From: a virus
DNA length: 64,000 bases
IMG/VR virus record: IMGVR_UViG_3300027733_000033
Strand: one strand, 5' to 3'
The notes beneath the pieces are model-generated. The model searched no databases. It was not told the origin of the DNA and worked only from the letters and a program-made list of their open reading frames with translations. The position numbers and the translations under genes are program-made. This document shows positions 17,014 through 27,415 of this stretch, piece by piece (the stretch's first letter is position 1; each line of letters opens with the position of its first letter).

Positions 17014-18266
17014 TATTTCAACCCTTTCGCATTTAGTTTGTTAGTGAATTCAGAAATCGTAGATTCTTCAGTCGTAACAGAATCTGTAGATTTGATAACA
17101 TTTGTAAATTTATTATTCGCATTAATAGTTTTACCCGCGTTGACCATCGTTTTATCAACATCAGTAAATTTGGCTTTATGATAAATTGCTTGGCTAAAGT
17201 TAGATGTCGTATAATCAAATTTGGTAAATTTCTCATTAGACGAAATAACCGGTAAGAACGTAGACTCAACACTTTCAATAGCACTAAATTCGCTGCTTGG
17301 ATACAAGAATTTAGTGAAACTAATATCAGCATAATCTGTTTCAGTAAACGCCCTTGATGTATAGAGCACAGATAATTCAGATTTGAAGTGGTCTAAATTA
17401 CCTAATTCAACAAATATGTTATTGCTTCTTAATGGTAATGCCGCCGCGCCCGTAACACTTGAAACGTTAGACCCAAATTGTATGCCAGATATATCTGCTG
17501 TATAGACAACGAACACGTCTGATATTTCAGTTTTAATTGTGTTAGATGTTAATCCAAATCCTATAGATGTTAAAATAGATTGGATATCAGAAGATAGGCT
17601 ATTAGATTCTACAGATTTATAGGTAACGGAAGATAAATTTTCAACTGAAGAAGCTGCTGTGTAACCAGAAACATTAACGGTTGAATCTGATGAAACACCG
17701 AATGATTCTAATCCAGAATAGGTTACTATTGATGGGAGAACGTTTGATAAGCTTTTATCTAATGTGCCAACATAAGAACTAAAATAATTTGACTGAATTG
17801 GCGCCAGATTATTTGGATTTAGATTAGCCAGATTTGACTGTATAGAGTTAAACCGTAAATTAGATAAAACTGAACTGTATGAAGCAAAGGCATTATTTTC
17901 AGACGCAATAGAATTAGTTTGTAATAATTTGCGTGTATTTGAATAAACGGAGTTGATGCTTGTTGAACCATAAACGCCGGTTAAAATATCATTTGAATCT
18001 AAACGAATAGCAACAGACCCTATGTTTGTTATTGTTGTTGTGTTACTAAGGGTAAGCGTGTTAAATTTATTTGATATTGAATTTACAAATGGTGTTATTG
18101 ATAATGAAGATAGGTTATTATATGGAGCCAATACATTATTGACAGCATTTATTGAACCAGACGTGACAACATAGGCATCTGGTTCAATATAGTTTGCTTC
18201 AACGTAATATTCCCAACTGTCCAGATATTTAAAAACATTAGATAATGCTATGGTAATATCTGACAT
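17013..18266 (-). CDS. Ser/Asn-rich putative virion fibre protein
   Basis: 417 aa low-complexity ORF in the fibre block. Confidence 0.6.
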   Translation of the reverse strand: MSDITIALSNVFKYLDSWEYYVEANYIEPDAYVVTSGSINAVNNVLAPYNNLSSLSITPFVNSISNKFNTLTLSNTTTITNIGSVAIRLDSNDILTGVYGSTSINSVYSNTRKLLQTNSIASENNAFASYSSVLSNLRFNSIQSNLANLNPNNLAPIQSNYFSSYVGTLDKSLSNVLPSIVTYSGLESFGVSSDSTVNVSGYTAASSVENLSSVTYKSVESNSLSSDIQSILTSIGFGLTSNTIKTEISDVFVVYTADISGIQFGSNVSSVTGAAALPLRSNNIFVELGNLDHFKSELSVLYTSRAFTETDYADISFTKFLYPSSEFSAIESVESTFLPVISSNEKFTKFDYTTSNFSQAIYHKAKFTDVDKTMVNAGKTINANNKFTNVIKSTDSVTTEESTISEFTNKLNAKGLK

Positions 18267-18273
18267 AGGCGTA

Positions 18274-18732
18274 TTAGGTTAATCTTAAAAGACCAGTAAC
18301 ATTATCGTTAACAGGCATTGTTAGTGTAAATGTTCCAGCCGTTACAATTTGATTACCAAATGTATGAACTGAAACCGCGTTTTTACCGCTTGACGTGTAA
18401 TTATAAATTAGGACAGTATCAAACGGAGTAGATAATGTAACATTAGAAAAGATAATTGATGCTGTCGGCGTAACGTAAGCGACGCCATTTGTCACCAACG
18501 GTGCAGTATTAAATTCAACAGCAACACCACCGGCAGTATAACCTGTTCCAGTAACTTCACCAGTTGATGTGTATGCTGTAGTTGATGCATTAATAGTAGC
18601 AGTCGATAAATAAAGCGCCGCGTAAAAAGTATCTTTTGCTGTTGACGCCCTTACTACACTTGGACCAAACGCATGAATGCCGTTCAGTAAATCCTTTTTA
18701 AATGTGTTACACATCGCTTGTGTATTAGCCAT
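18274..18732 (-). CDS. Putative virion structural protein
   Basis: AMCNTFKKDLL.G.H.F, ALY, TTAY...GEVTGTGYTAGG, GTFTL pattern typical of small tail-associated proteins. Confidence 0.7.
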   Translation of the reverse strand: MANTQAMCNTFKKDLLNGIHAFGPSVVRASTAKDTFYAALYLSTATINASTTAYTSTGEVTGTGYTAGGVAVEFNTAPLVTNGVAYVTPTASIIFSNVTLSTPFDTVLIYNYTSSGKNAVSVHTFGNQIVTAGTFTLTMPVNDNVTGLLRLT

Positions 18733-18920
18733 TAGAAATTCCCTATTTCTGACGATGTTGTTATAGGCTTAATTGCAACATCAGTATCTAATCTAACAAC
18801 TTCACCATGTAACACATATTCAGTAAGAATAGACACAGTGCCATCTCCCTCAATACGATTAATGGTTTTAGTTAAAAGAGATTCTTCAACATCACCTTTT
18901 GTTGTATATATTAATGCCAT
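18732..18920 (-). CDS. Hypothetical protein
   Basis: 62 aa ORF coupled to neighbours. Confidence 0.6.
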   Translation of the reverse strand: MALIYTTKGDVEESLLTKTINRIEGDGTVSILTEYVLHGEVVRLDTDVAIKPITTSSEIGNF

Positions 18921-18923
18921 AAT

Positions 18924-19115
18924 TTACTCAAAAGACATTCCGATAGAAACATATTCATGTTTGGAAAACTCTGGGACTTCAGAAATTGTTCCTACAATTC
19001 CAGTTTCTACATCAATATACTTTTGTACTATAATAGAGTCAATTTCTTCTTGGGTTAACCCTTGATAAAAATGTGAACAATTTGGTAATTTGTCTGATAA
19101 TTTTAGTGTTGCCAT
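18924..19115 (-). CDS. Hypothetical protein
   Basis: 63 aa ORF coupled to neighbours. Confidence 0.55.
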   Translation of the reverse strand: MATLKLSDKLPNCSHFYQGLTQEEIDSIIVQKYIDVETGIVGTISEVPEFSKHEYVSIGMSFE

Positions 19116-19118
19116 AGT

Positions 19119-20123
19119 TTAGCTCCAGAATTGGATTAATATTTTGGTTGGTGTTTTATCTGTTTGTTGCCATCCAGGTGGTAATGCTGAGTAAATTTTT
19201 ACTATTCTCATACCAGTAAACGGCACAGTTGAATATTCGGAATTTAGTTTTGTCAATATATTAGCAAGGTATGATGTATTCATACCTGATCCATAATTGA
19301 ATGTAGTTGTAAACTTGTAATCTGTTAATGATATGATTACAGGTGCTTTAATTGTCGATGTTCCACCAAATATAGTTTGGAGTTCTTGTATTTTGCTAAA
19401 AGGACTCGACGCCTTTATAGTTGAGGTTTTGAACAGTTCTGTATCACGATAAAACTTAACGGATAACACTTCGCCTGGACCACAAAAACTAAACGCAATT
19501 TTATCCAGTGGAGTATTTAGTGATGTATACCTGACATTACCAAAAACTGGTAATGTCATACCAAAAAATGCACTTCGCATAATATCTATAGATGGATTAT
19601 CGCCGAATACGTATGGATACTTTATAAAACTTACTAATTTTGGTATTATAGGAAACGTTGTTTTGAACAATTCTGTATTCAGGTAAAACTTAACAGATAT
19701 TATCTTTGGTGTGTATAATATAGCACCAACATCAAATCTAAGTTTACTATTATTCAAAATTGTGAATAATTTTTGTGTACTTAACCCAGCATACTTATAA
19801 ATGTTGTTTATGGCATTATTGGTAAATACTTTTGCCGGTTGTATAGCCGTAAAATTGTTGGTTGTTGCTATAGAATAGCTTGATGACAATATTGTAGTTT
19901 TCACAAATGAATGCTCAAATATAAGCATTGTCGCAAATCTAACAAAAGTCGTAATATTTTTTGGAGATTGTATGCTTGTTATTCTATTGGAAGTCGCAAT
20001 ACTATAACTTCCAATTTTCATAGGGTTTAATGGTGATATCCCACGAGTTAACGATCCAATAGCCGCTGAGCGGCTACCGAATCCAAAAATATAACTTCCT
20101 GTTACATCAACCAGCGTTATCAT
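19119..20123 (-). CDS. Hypothetical protein with internal repeat
   Basis: 334 aa; SVKFY..TELFKT occurs twice. Confidence 0.6.
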   Translation of the reverse strand: MITLVDVTGSYIFGFGSRSAAIGSLTRGISPLNPMKIGSYSIATSNRITSIQSPKNITTFVRFATMLIFEHSFVKTTILSSSYSIATTNNFTAIQPAKVFTNNAINNIYKYAGLSTQKLFTILNNSKLRFDVGAILYTPKIISVKFYLNTELFKTTFPIIPKLVSFIKYPYVFGDNPSIDIMRSAFFGMTLPVFGNVRYTSLNTPLDKIAFSFCGPGEVLSVKFYRDTELFKTSTIKASSPFSKIQELQTIFGGTSTIKAPVIISLTDYKFTTTFNYGSGMNTSYLANILTKLNSEYSTVPFTGMRIVKIYSALPPGWQQTDKTPTKILIQFWS

Positions 20124-22324
20124 GCAGGCATTGCTATTTGAGCAAGGTTAATTACACCAGTTGGGTTTCCTCCAACTGAAAGCCCACCATTTACATTGCT
20201 GTAAACTTTTAATCCAGTATCAACTGATACGTAAATTCTCGAACCATCAAAATATGCTAAACAGTTTGTTGTAGCAAATGTGTTGGTTGTTCCTTGGTCT
20301 ATCATTAACACAGGAGCGGTCAATGAAGTTGTTATACCTTTACCAACCGAAGTTATGAACCAGTTATTAGCAACAACAGAATTTCTAGGTATCATAACTA
20401 TCGACCCTTGACATTTAAACGCGGTTAATGCTACGTTTGATGTCAATGCTGATGCTGTACTAACTGAAGTTGCACTAATTAATGCGCCAGTTCTTGTATT
20501 GAATTGAGTTTGATAAATTGCACCTGATGATACTGCTTGCCATGAAATAGCATTATTGCCATCTAGTATTTGCAAGTTTACATTAACAGGAATACCAGCT
20601 GTTGCAAGAGCTATAAACAGGGTAGGTGCAGTGCCGTTGTATGGAATTTTGATAATTCTGAAACTTGCTGCAGCTACTGGAATTGGAGTCGCTAAGAAGT
20701 TACCTTCAAAATCAGGTTTAATATCACGAACAATTTGAGTTTCAGCCGATGGTAATGCAGGGCAAGTAACCGTTGCTGTTGTAGCAGGAGTAATTGCTGA
20801 TAATGTACCAGTTGAAGCTTGAGTATTAAATCTGTAAAAGATTGGTGTATTTGATGCTGCAGCTGGTGAGCATATAATAGTACCACCGCTGATACCAATT
20901 GATCCATAACCAACGGAACTGTATGTTACTAAAGTTGTATCATCAGCAGTATCTAAACGCGATAACGAGATACCTACTGTACTTGATGTAAAATACACAT
21001 AACGCTCACCATCAAATTCAATATCAGTATAACCGCCGCCCGAAGCAACTGTACTTACCGTTTTTGTGTCAAGTCTAAATCTAACAACCGAAGCACCACC
21101 TGCTAAAATAGCATAAATTGCTGTTCCTGTATAACATACTGCATCAGGTCGTCCACCAAATGCATATACCTCGTTAGTCCACGAGGTATTAGCAAACCAC
21201 GATGTATTATCTGTACTTGCTGTTTTATGGTGGCAATTCAATAACCAATGAGATCTATCAGTACCGGTTGCAGACGCATTACCATCAGAATCACAAGGTA
21301 TAGTAATCTTGTTCATGTTTTGGCCAATAGGAGCCAAAACTTTTAACCCATAAATTTGACCATAGTTTGTTATTGTACCTGCATAATCATATATTGGTTT
21401 GATTGGCAAAGTTAATCTTCGTGTAGAATCCCAACCATTTGATATGAATTTATTTGCACCATTGCCCAAATACCAAATGAAAGCATTTACTGTAGTAGAT
21501 AACCAGTTTGGCATAAATGTTGCACCATAGTCACCACCCCAGTTTTTAGCAGCATTGATACTAGTATTACCATTACGAACTCTAGGCATGCTTATAAGCG
21601 TATAGTCGCCAGCATTCAATGGTTTACCAGAACCTCCAGCAGTTTGAGCGCCCAATGTCCATAATGTAGATGATACCCAACCCCAGCAAGGATAATTTGC
21701 TGTTGTTGTATCCATAACATCTTCACGTTGAGTTTCAAAAATGCCTGCCCACATTGATGGTTCATTATTGATATATGAGTGAATGACACCCCAGCGTGGA
21801 GAGAAATTAACGATAAAATCACATGAAGTTAAATTGAAAGCGACTGGTGCACTATCCATATAGGTATATGCTTCATTTACACCAGTATGACTTGATACAG
21901 CGGCAGGAGATGCTGCTGCATAGTTAACTGGGTTGTCCCAATATTCAAAGCAAGTAATGTTGGCTGTTAATCGTTTTAGATTGTATCTAATAACGGCATT
22001 TTTATATGTCACTGCATCTTTGTTAATACATCTAAAAACTTGAGTATAAATTGGTGATTGTGTTCCGGTCGTATTATCTTGACCACCCCAGAATGAATCA
22101 AATAGTGTCCATCCGCTATCGGTTTGAGCAGTTACGCCAGATGCAGCAGTAAATGTGACGCCACCTAATGCTCCTGCACTTCCTGGTGTAGTATCGGTAA
22201 TAGCATCAGCAATTGTATTTGCGAATGTCATAAATGTAGTTAAATTCCCAGCACCTGAGGTAGGTGTAAATTGGGTTGATACTTGTACAGTTGATGTACC
22301 TATGTATTTGGCTGAAATTGTCAT
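20120..22324 (-). CDS. Putative tail fibre / receptor-binding protein with beta-propeller-like C-terminal half
   Basis: 734 aa Thr/Ala/Gly/Trp-rich; FDGERYVYF, FDGSRIYV blade-like motifs. Confidence 0.6.
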   Translation of the reverse strand: MTISAKYIGTSTVQVSTQFTPTSGAGNLTTFMTFANTIADAITDTTPGSAGALGGVTFTAASGVTAQTDSGWTLFDSFWGGQDNTTGTQSPIYTQVFRCINKDAVTYKNAVIRYNLKRLTANITCFEYWDNPVNYAAASPAAVSSHTGVNEAYTYMDSAPVAFNLTSCDFIVNFSPRWGVIHSYINNEPSMWAGIFETQREDVMDTTTANYPCWGWVSSTLWTLGAQTAGGSGKPLNAGDYTLISMPRVRNGNTSINAAKNWGGDYGATFMPNWLSTTVNAFIWYLGNGANKFISNGWDSTRRLTLPIKPIYDYAGTITNYGQIYGLKVLAPIGQNMNKITIPCDSDGNASATGTDRSHWLLNCHHKTASTDNTSWFANTSWTNEVYAFGGRPDAVCYTGTAIYAILAGGASVVRFRLDTKTVSTVASGGGYTDIEFDGERYVYFTSSTVGISLSRLDTADDTTLVTYSSVGYGSIGISGGTIICSPAAASNTPIFYRFNTQASTGTLSAITPATTATVTCPALPSAETQIVRDIKPDFEGNFLATPIPVAAASFRIIKIPYNGTAPTLFIALATAGIPVNVNLQILDGNNAISWQAVSSGAIYQTQFNTRTGALISATSVSTASALTSNVALTAFKCQGSIVMIPRNSVVANNWFITSVGKGITTSLTAPVLMIDQGTTNTFATTNCLAYFDGSRIYVSVDTGLKVYSNVNGGLSVGGNPTGVINLAQIAMPA

Positions 22325-22704
22325 GAATATACCAATGTTATGTTTAAGTTAGATCCACCAGTAGCAGAAATGATGTCCATAGTTATAAAATCTTCCGTTG
22401 TCAGCTGTACGTTAACAGAAACAGAATTTGATTTATGTTGAGTTGATGTTAAGGTAAGGTAAGATCCTAAAATACTACTGCCATTCTTTTTTATATTTAT
22501 TTGAATATTATCAGATGACACTACACCAATAGTAGCAAAAACACTTAAAATTGTAATTGGTTTATCTGGATACCATCTAGCAGTTCCATAGGTAGGTTCT
22601 AGTTGACCAAAAAAATTTAAAGTTTTAGTTTGAGTTATACCAGAAAGAGTATCAGTATCTTTTAATTGACGGAGTCTTCCATCTTCTATAACTATAGGGC
22701 GCAT
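22321..22704 (-). CDS. Small tail-associated protein
   Basis: INIKKNG.SI, D.ITMDI, GSNL.ITL beta-sandwich-like pattern. Confidence 0.6.
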   Translation of the reverse strand: MRPIVIEDGRLRQLKDTDTLSGITQTKTLNFFGQLEPTYGTARWYPDKPITILSVFATIGVVSSDNIQINIKKNGSSILGSYLTLTSTQHKSNSVSVNVQLTTEDFITMDIISATGGSNLNITLVYS

Positions 22705-22705
22705 A

Positions 22706-23218
22706 TTATGCTAATTCAACTGGATCAGCAAATTCAACATTAATCGTAGTTGCGCTGGTTGCAACCCCTACTTTTTGAACAACGTTACCAGTTGTTGATG
22801 GAGGAGTGCTAGTAAATCCTCCTGGAGTTGTACTTAAAAATACGTTTCCAGCGGTAGCGCCCGTAACAGTATTATTCGATCCTTCAAAATATACAGTCGC
22901 AGTTGACGGATGAGTAAATGATGATAAAACAAATCCATGTGCTTCTTTACCAACAGTTGTGGCATCTGCTAAACGAACAGCAGGCGAACCTGAGTTATTC
23001 CAAATGTTAACAAATTTACCCGCGCTTAATGATTCACTGGTAGCAATAGCCGCTGTATCAGCACCAATACCAACAGGAAGAAAAGATGAATCTAATCTTC
23101 CGCTAACGTCTAACGCCGGTAATTTACCCGCGTCGCCTGCACCAGCAGAAGTCTGTACTCCACCATCAATCAATTTATGATTTCCGGCAGATAATGTAAC
23201 AAATTTTTGAATAGCCAT
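22706..23218 (-). CDS. Small structural protein (cement/DUF2190-like beta fold)
   Basis: LADAT, AHGFVL, ATVYFEG, VFLSTTPG, VQKVGVA. Confidence 0.55.
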   Translation of the reverse strand: MAIQKFVTLSAGNHKLIDGGVQTSAGAGDAGKLPALDVSGRLDSSFLPVGIGADTAAIATSESLSAGKFVNIWNNSGSPAVRLADATTVGKEAHGFVLSSFTHPSTATVYFEGSNNTVTGATAGNVFLSTTPGGFTSTPPSTTGNVVQKVGVATSATTINVEFADPVELA

Positions 23219-23222
23219 ATGT

Positions 23223-23657
23223 TTACTCGATTAAAATAGGTTGAGATAAAGATATAATAAGTGTATCAGAAGAATACGCGACACCGATTTGTTGAGATAT
23301 ACCGGTAGAAACTGCTGTAACAATATTGCCGTTGTTTCCCAAATAATAGGTTGTTCCTGCAACTAAACCAGAAAATCCATTTAGTGTTCCAGACGACATA
23401 ACATTAGCAACATTACCAGAAGTCACAGCTTGAGTTGTTACACCTACTACTTTACCAATATGAGATGGTGTATCTTTATCAGCATATTGGCATCCTGTTG
23501 GAGTCATAATAACAACCCTGTTACCGCCTAAAGTTATAGCAGCTGTAATGGATAACGTTAAAGGCGCTTTGTTTGTATCTAAAAAATTAAAATTAGCATC
23601 CATCTCATTAGATGTGAGAGGAGAACCTTTTGCTGAACGTAATGTTACATTACCCAT
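23223..23657 (-). CDS. Small structural protein with fibre-anchor N-terminus
   Basis: TLRSAKGSPLT.NE.DANF N-terminus shared with 30134-32239; G.V, YYLG..G, QQIGVA as in the neighbouring gene. Confidence 0.6.
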   Translation of the reverse strand: MGNVTLRSAKGSPLTSNEMDANFNFLDTNKAPLTLSITAAITLGGNRVVIMTPTGCQYADKDTPSHIGKVVGVTTQAVTSGNVANVMSSGTLNGFSGLVAGTTYYLGNNGNIVTAVSTGISQQIGVAYSSDTLIISLSQPILIE

Positions 23658-23672
23658 ATTATAAACTCTATT

Positions 23673-24065
23673 TTATTTAGTAATTTCTTTCTTGACTCTT
23701 GGTTTCCGTGTTACCGGCGCTTTACCCGTTTTCAATATTTGTGTTCCATTAGCAGGTTGGACTTCATTTGGTTTATCAATAAACCGCTCAACTGCTTTGC
23801 TAAAATAATAAAAGGCTATTATATCAATCCCAATATCTTTACATGCCCAAAGTGGTAAAGTCGCATCACTAGGCGACACGCCAGTTCCCAAATAAATGAT
23901 GTTTCTGAATACTTGTGAAAGTAACCCAACAACAGCTAACAGTAACCCTATTTTATGCCAAACTGGATACAAACGAAGTCTGTCGCTAAGTAAGCCGCAA
24001 AACAATATTACGGAAGCAAGTATGTTAAAAAATGTTAATGCTACAAATCCAACGTCTGCTATCAT
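23673..24065 (-). CDS. Holin-like membrane protein
   Basis: About three hydrophobic helices and a basic C-terminal tail. Confidence 0.55.
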   Translation of the reverse strand: MIADVGFVALTFFNILASVILFCGLLSDRLRLYPVWHKIGLLLAVVGLLSQVFRNIIYLGTGVSPSDATLPLWACKDIGIDIIAFYYFSKAVERFIDKPNEVQPANGTQILKTGKAPVTRKPRVKKEITK

Positions 24066-24067
24066 GT

Positions 24068-24484
24068 CTATTTACCGGTTGGTTCTTTTGGTGTTCTAGG
24101 TTTTCTTGGTTTAGTAGGTGGCTTTCTGGTAGCCTTTGGAGCTGTTTTACGCAGTTCTTGAGTCACTTCAAGAATATCTTGCCCTTCTCTATTATCGAAA
24201 AATTTGGCTATGAATGATAACACACCCACAGCACAAATTCCGATAATATAACCAACTCCCATTATAGATTCAGTATCAGTAGGCGGTATTTCAAGCATGC
24301 GCAAAGCAATCCCACAAAGCGCAAAACTAGCTCCGATTGACATCCCGCCAATCATTAAACCGGCTACGAATTCACCGTATTTATGGAGCTGTTTTGGTTG
24401 CCAAAATAAACCGATACTGATACCACCAAGAAATGCTGAAAAACTACTAAACAGTTTGGCAACCAGTGGAATAGTCTCATTCAT
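24068..24484 (-). CDS. Holin-like membrane protein
   Basis: Three hydrophobic helices and a Lys/Pro/Arg-rich tail. Confidence 0.6.
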   Translation of the reverse strand: MNETIPLVAKLFSSFSAFLGGISIGLFWQPKQLHKYGEFVAGLMIGGMSIGASFALCGIALRMLEIPPTDTESIMGVGYIIGICAVGVLSFIAKFFDNREGQDILEVTQELRKTAPKATRKPPTKPRKPRTPKEPTGK

Positions 24485-24526
24485 TTTAAATCCTTTTAAT
24501 TGTTTCTTGATGTGTTTAATTTATGC

Positions 24527-24901
24527 TTATTCTGGTTTTGGATATTTAGTTTTAACTGCTAGGCATGCATCAATGTATGACTTCATTTGAACTTTGTCAC
24601 CTTTGACGATCCCGTCCAAGTAATCTTTAAAGTCTGGGTATTCAGCCGCCCGTTGTCTTTGATACTCAGTTTGGATAAACTCAATATTTTTGGCATGTAA
24701 AATAGCCTTTTCTTCATCAGATAACTTAGGTCTGAAATAATTAATATTTCCACCCAAAGTTGCTGCGAAAAATTCTACTTCTTCTGCGGAACTAAATGGA
24801 ACCAATGTTTCGGGATTATATGATGGTAATACACACTCATATAGGGCATCATCATCTGTAGTTATTGTGCTTGTTAAATCATCATTAATTGTTACTATCA
24901 T
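24527..24901 (-). CDS. Tail fibre assembly chaperone-like protein
   Basis: C-terminal YQRQRAAEYP...YLD...AVKTKYPKP. Confidence 0.6.
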   Translation of the reverse strand: MIVTINDDLTSTITTDDDALYECVLPSYNPETLVPFSSAEEVEFFAATLGGNINYFRPKLSDEEKAILHAKNIEFIQTEYQRQRAAEYPDFKDYLDGIVKGDKVQMKSYIDACLAVKTKYPKPE

Positions 24902-25203
24902 TATGATTCTACTCCTAAAATGGCAAACCCTACATAAGATACACCATTAGTAAATACTGTACCTCCTTGCATACCATTCAGTGGAAAATACGATATGCCC
25001 GTTGATACACCAGTGCCTGATGAATACACCTCCACGCCATTAATGGATAATTGACCATATCCATTTTGACAAATTGCGATACCATTAAATACTCTGCCAG
25101 AAGGAACAGTGTATATGACTGTGTTTGTTGAACCGCTTTTTGCCGATATAGTTCTAGGTGCGACTAGCGCGGATGCGGTTGATACTGTTGATACTGTTAA
25201 CAT
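24901..25203 (-). CDS. Small tail-associated protein
   Basis: IYTVPSGR, ILGVES pattern. Confidence 0.55.
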   Translation of the reverse strand: MLTVSTVSTASALVAPRTISAKSGSTNTVIYTVPSGRVFNGIAICQNGYGQLSINGVEVYSSGTGVSTGISYFPLNGMQGGTVFTNGVSYVGFAILGVES

Positions 25204-25212
25204 ATTATTTCC

Positions 25213-25722
25213 TTATACCGTTTTTATTCCAGTGATTCTAAGAGTCGTTGTTGGTCCGTATGTATTTTTTTGTGCTGTTGTAGCAGCATCATTAAAAATT
25301 GGTTGAACAATACTTGTGCTTGTTATTCTAAGATTTGAAATAGATTTTGAATCAATTATGGATAAATTTCTGTCAACTATTACTAATTTTGAAGTTGCGC
25401 CTATTCCAATAATGCCAACTTTATATTTCTTTAAAAGTTTGACTATATCATCCCAGACATGGTCAACGGATGCTTTGAATCCTTTATGGACTTTACCAAT
25501 ACCAGAACTACTAGTCACAAGTTTGAATCTAATATCGGCAACTATGTCTTGCCACTCGGTAACTTGAGTACCTCGGCAAACTATAATGATAGTGTCTATA
25601 TTGAATAGGAAATAGGCTTGAGAACCTTTCTTATCAATAAGAATACTTTGATAGCCAGGGAAGTCCTGGTTATCGTTATAAGCAAGATTGCTAAATTGTG
25701 CTAGTAGTAATGGTATTGTCAT
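25213..25722 (-). pseudogene. Chimeric ORF: truncated lipase N-half fused to an unrelated C-terminus
   Basis: First ~100 aa closely match 15991-16704 (DK.GSQAYFLFNIDTIIVVCRGTQ, SSSGIGKVH.GFKASVD) but the match stops before GHSLG. Confidence 0.75.
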
Positions 25723-25723
25723 G

Positions 25724-26032
25724 TTATAATTGAGATCTTAATGTTTCAATTTGAAGTTCAACGTCTGCAAGCCATGCTGTGCCGATACCTAAAATAGCTT
25801 CACGCTGTCTGCGCGGTGTCACTGACGCTTCTAGTACGGCAATGTTTGCTTTGATTTTCGCTTTCTCATCTATAACGGGTATATTTTCATTTATAAAATT
25901 CCCATTGATATATGCCCAACCAATTCCTACACCTTCTGGCATTAGAATCCAACCCTGCTCTGCCGCATATTCTGGTCCTGATACAACATTATTGATTACT
26001 TTATTATTTTCTATTACTGCGTAATTATTCAT
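25724..26032 (-). CDS. Tail fibre chaperone-like protein
   Basis: YAVIEN..V.N, GIGW.Y.NG.F, C-terminal helix TPRRQREA. Confidence 0.6.
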   Translation of the reverse strand: MNNYAVIENNKVINNVVSGPEYAAEQGWILMPEGVGIGWAYINGNFINENIPVIDEKAKIKANIAVLEASVTPRRQREAILGIGTAWLADVELQIETLRSQL

Positions 26033-26916
26033 TATGCGTATTCCTCAACGATTACAATACCCGCTCCACCATTATCACCTGCTCCATTTGGAGCACCTCC
26101 AGTCCCCCCTGCTCCATACGCGGCATTACTATTAGAAGAACCTCCCCAGTAAGATACGCCCCCTGGCATCTTATTTGAGTTTGTAGAACCTGTTCCTGTG
26201 CTTGGAATTCCCTTTCCACCATATAAATTTATATTACCAGCAGATGCACTTCCTCCATTGCCAGCATAACCACTGCCGCCTGAAATTGTGCCAGCAGTAC
26301 CACCGTCTCCAGTTCCATCAGCACCAAAACTACTACTTCCTCCACTAGTTCCATTTCCGCCTGTAGCACCGCCAGTTCCGACTGCTCCTACAGTTACAGT
26401 TACAGTAGTAAGACTAGTAGCACTTAAGAATTTAATACTTGTTCCGCCTGCTCCGCCAGAACCACCGTATGCGTTAAACGAGCTAGACGCACCACCACTG
26501 CCACCTCCTCCGCCTCCAGTAACAGTAACACGAATGTTATTAGTCCCAGCACCTTTAGTCCAAGTCCCAGAAGATGTAAAAACTGTCATTCTTAAAAGAG
26601 AACCTGAAGATGGCGTTTGCCAAGTTGCATCAGTTGAACTTGTTGCTATTAATGCTTGTCCGGCTGTTGGAGCAGTTGCTCCGCTGACAGATACAGTTGT
26701 TGTTGCTGATTTTATACCGTAAGCTATTGCATATGTACAACTTGAAAGATTACCGCTAGAAGGCGTTCCAAGTACCGGCGTAACAAGTGTAGGGGATATT
26801 GATAATACATTATTACCGCTACCAGTAGATACCGTTACACCAGTACCACCATTTGCAACCTGCAATGGATTAGTTCCGCCACCTGCTCTTAATATATTTG
26901 AAAGACTTTTTGTCAT
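26032..26916 (-). CDS. Glycine-rich tail fibre protein
   Basis: VANGGTG, SPTLVTPVLGTP, FTSSGTWT, GGGGGGSG, GIVIVEEY. Confidence 0.75.
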   Translation of the reverse strand: MTKSLSNILRAGGGTNPLQVANGGTGVTVSTGSGNNVLSISPTLVTPVLGTPSSGNLSSCTYAIAYGIKSATTTVSVSGATAPTAGQALIATSSTDATWQTPSSGSLLRMTVFTSSGTWTKGAGTNNIRVTVTGGGGGGSGGASSSFNAYGGSGGAGGTSIKFLSATSLTTVTVTVGAVGTGGATGGNGTSGGSSSFGADGTGDGGTAGTISGGSGYAGNGGSASAGNINLYGGKGIPSTGTGSTNSNKMPGGVSYWGGSSNSNAAYGAGGTGGAPNGAGDNGGAGIVIVEEYA

Positions 26917-26927
26917 TTCTTATTTCC

Positions 26928-27407
26928 TTATAGTTGAGTTGGCCAAATCACGGTAAACGGAAATCCTTCTTGGCTAGTGATATCCCTTAATTCTTGTCTA
27001 TATATCGACCAAGCATCTTTATCAACTGGAGCATCTGCTACTTGAGTCCAATCAGTATCCTTCAATAACTGGTTTCTTGTGTTTCTTACCGAAGTACCTT
27101 GTTGGGTATCAATTCGTGCTTTGTATTCAGCTTCTTGTTCAAGAGCAGTCTGAGTTTCATTATCAGTAAAGACTGGTCCCAAACTATACTTAGTAAAATA
27201 TTGACCTTTGACTTTCTTAACACCCTCACGGAATGAATATTGATAAGGCGTAGTCGGAACAGCCTGTTCACCTTCAAGAACTGGAGCAGCACCAAAATCT
27301 GCTAGGATATCTTCAGTAATGATTGGAGGGAAACTAGTGTTAGCATTAAGGTTTCTGAATTCCTGTTCAGAAACCACTTGTTGAGTTTTTGTAAAGATAA
27401 TTTCCAT
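26928..27407 (-). CDS. Tail fibre assembly chaperone
   Basis: RN.LL..TDWTQ..DAP...W..YRQ.LRDI..Q.GFP..V.WP; start reassigned to MEIIF. Confidence 0.8.
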   Translation of the reverse strand: MEIIFTKTQQVVSEQEFRNLNANTSFPPIITEDILADFGAAPVLEGEQAVPTTPYQYSFREGVKKVKGQYFTKYSLGPVFTDNETQTALEQEAEYKARIDTQQGTSVRNTRNQLLKDTDWTQVADAPVDKDAWSIYRQELRDITSQEGFPFTVIWPTQL

Positions 27408-27415
27408 TTGATGTC

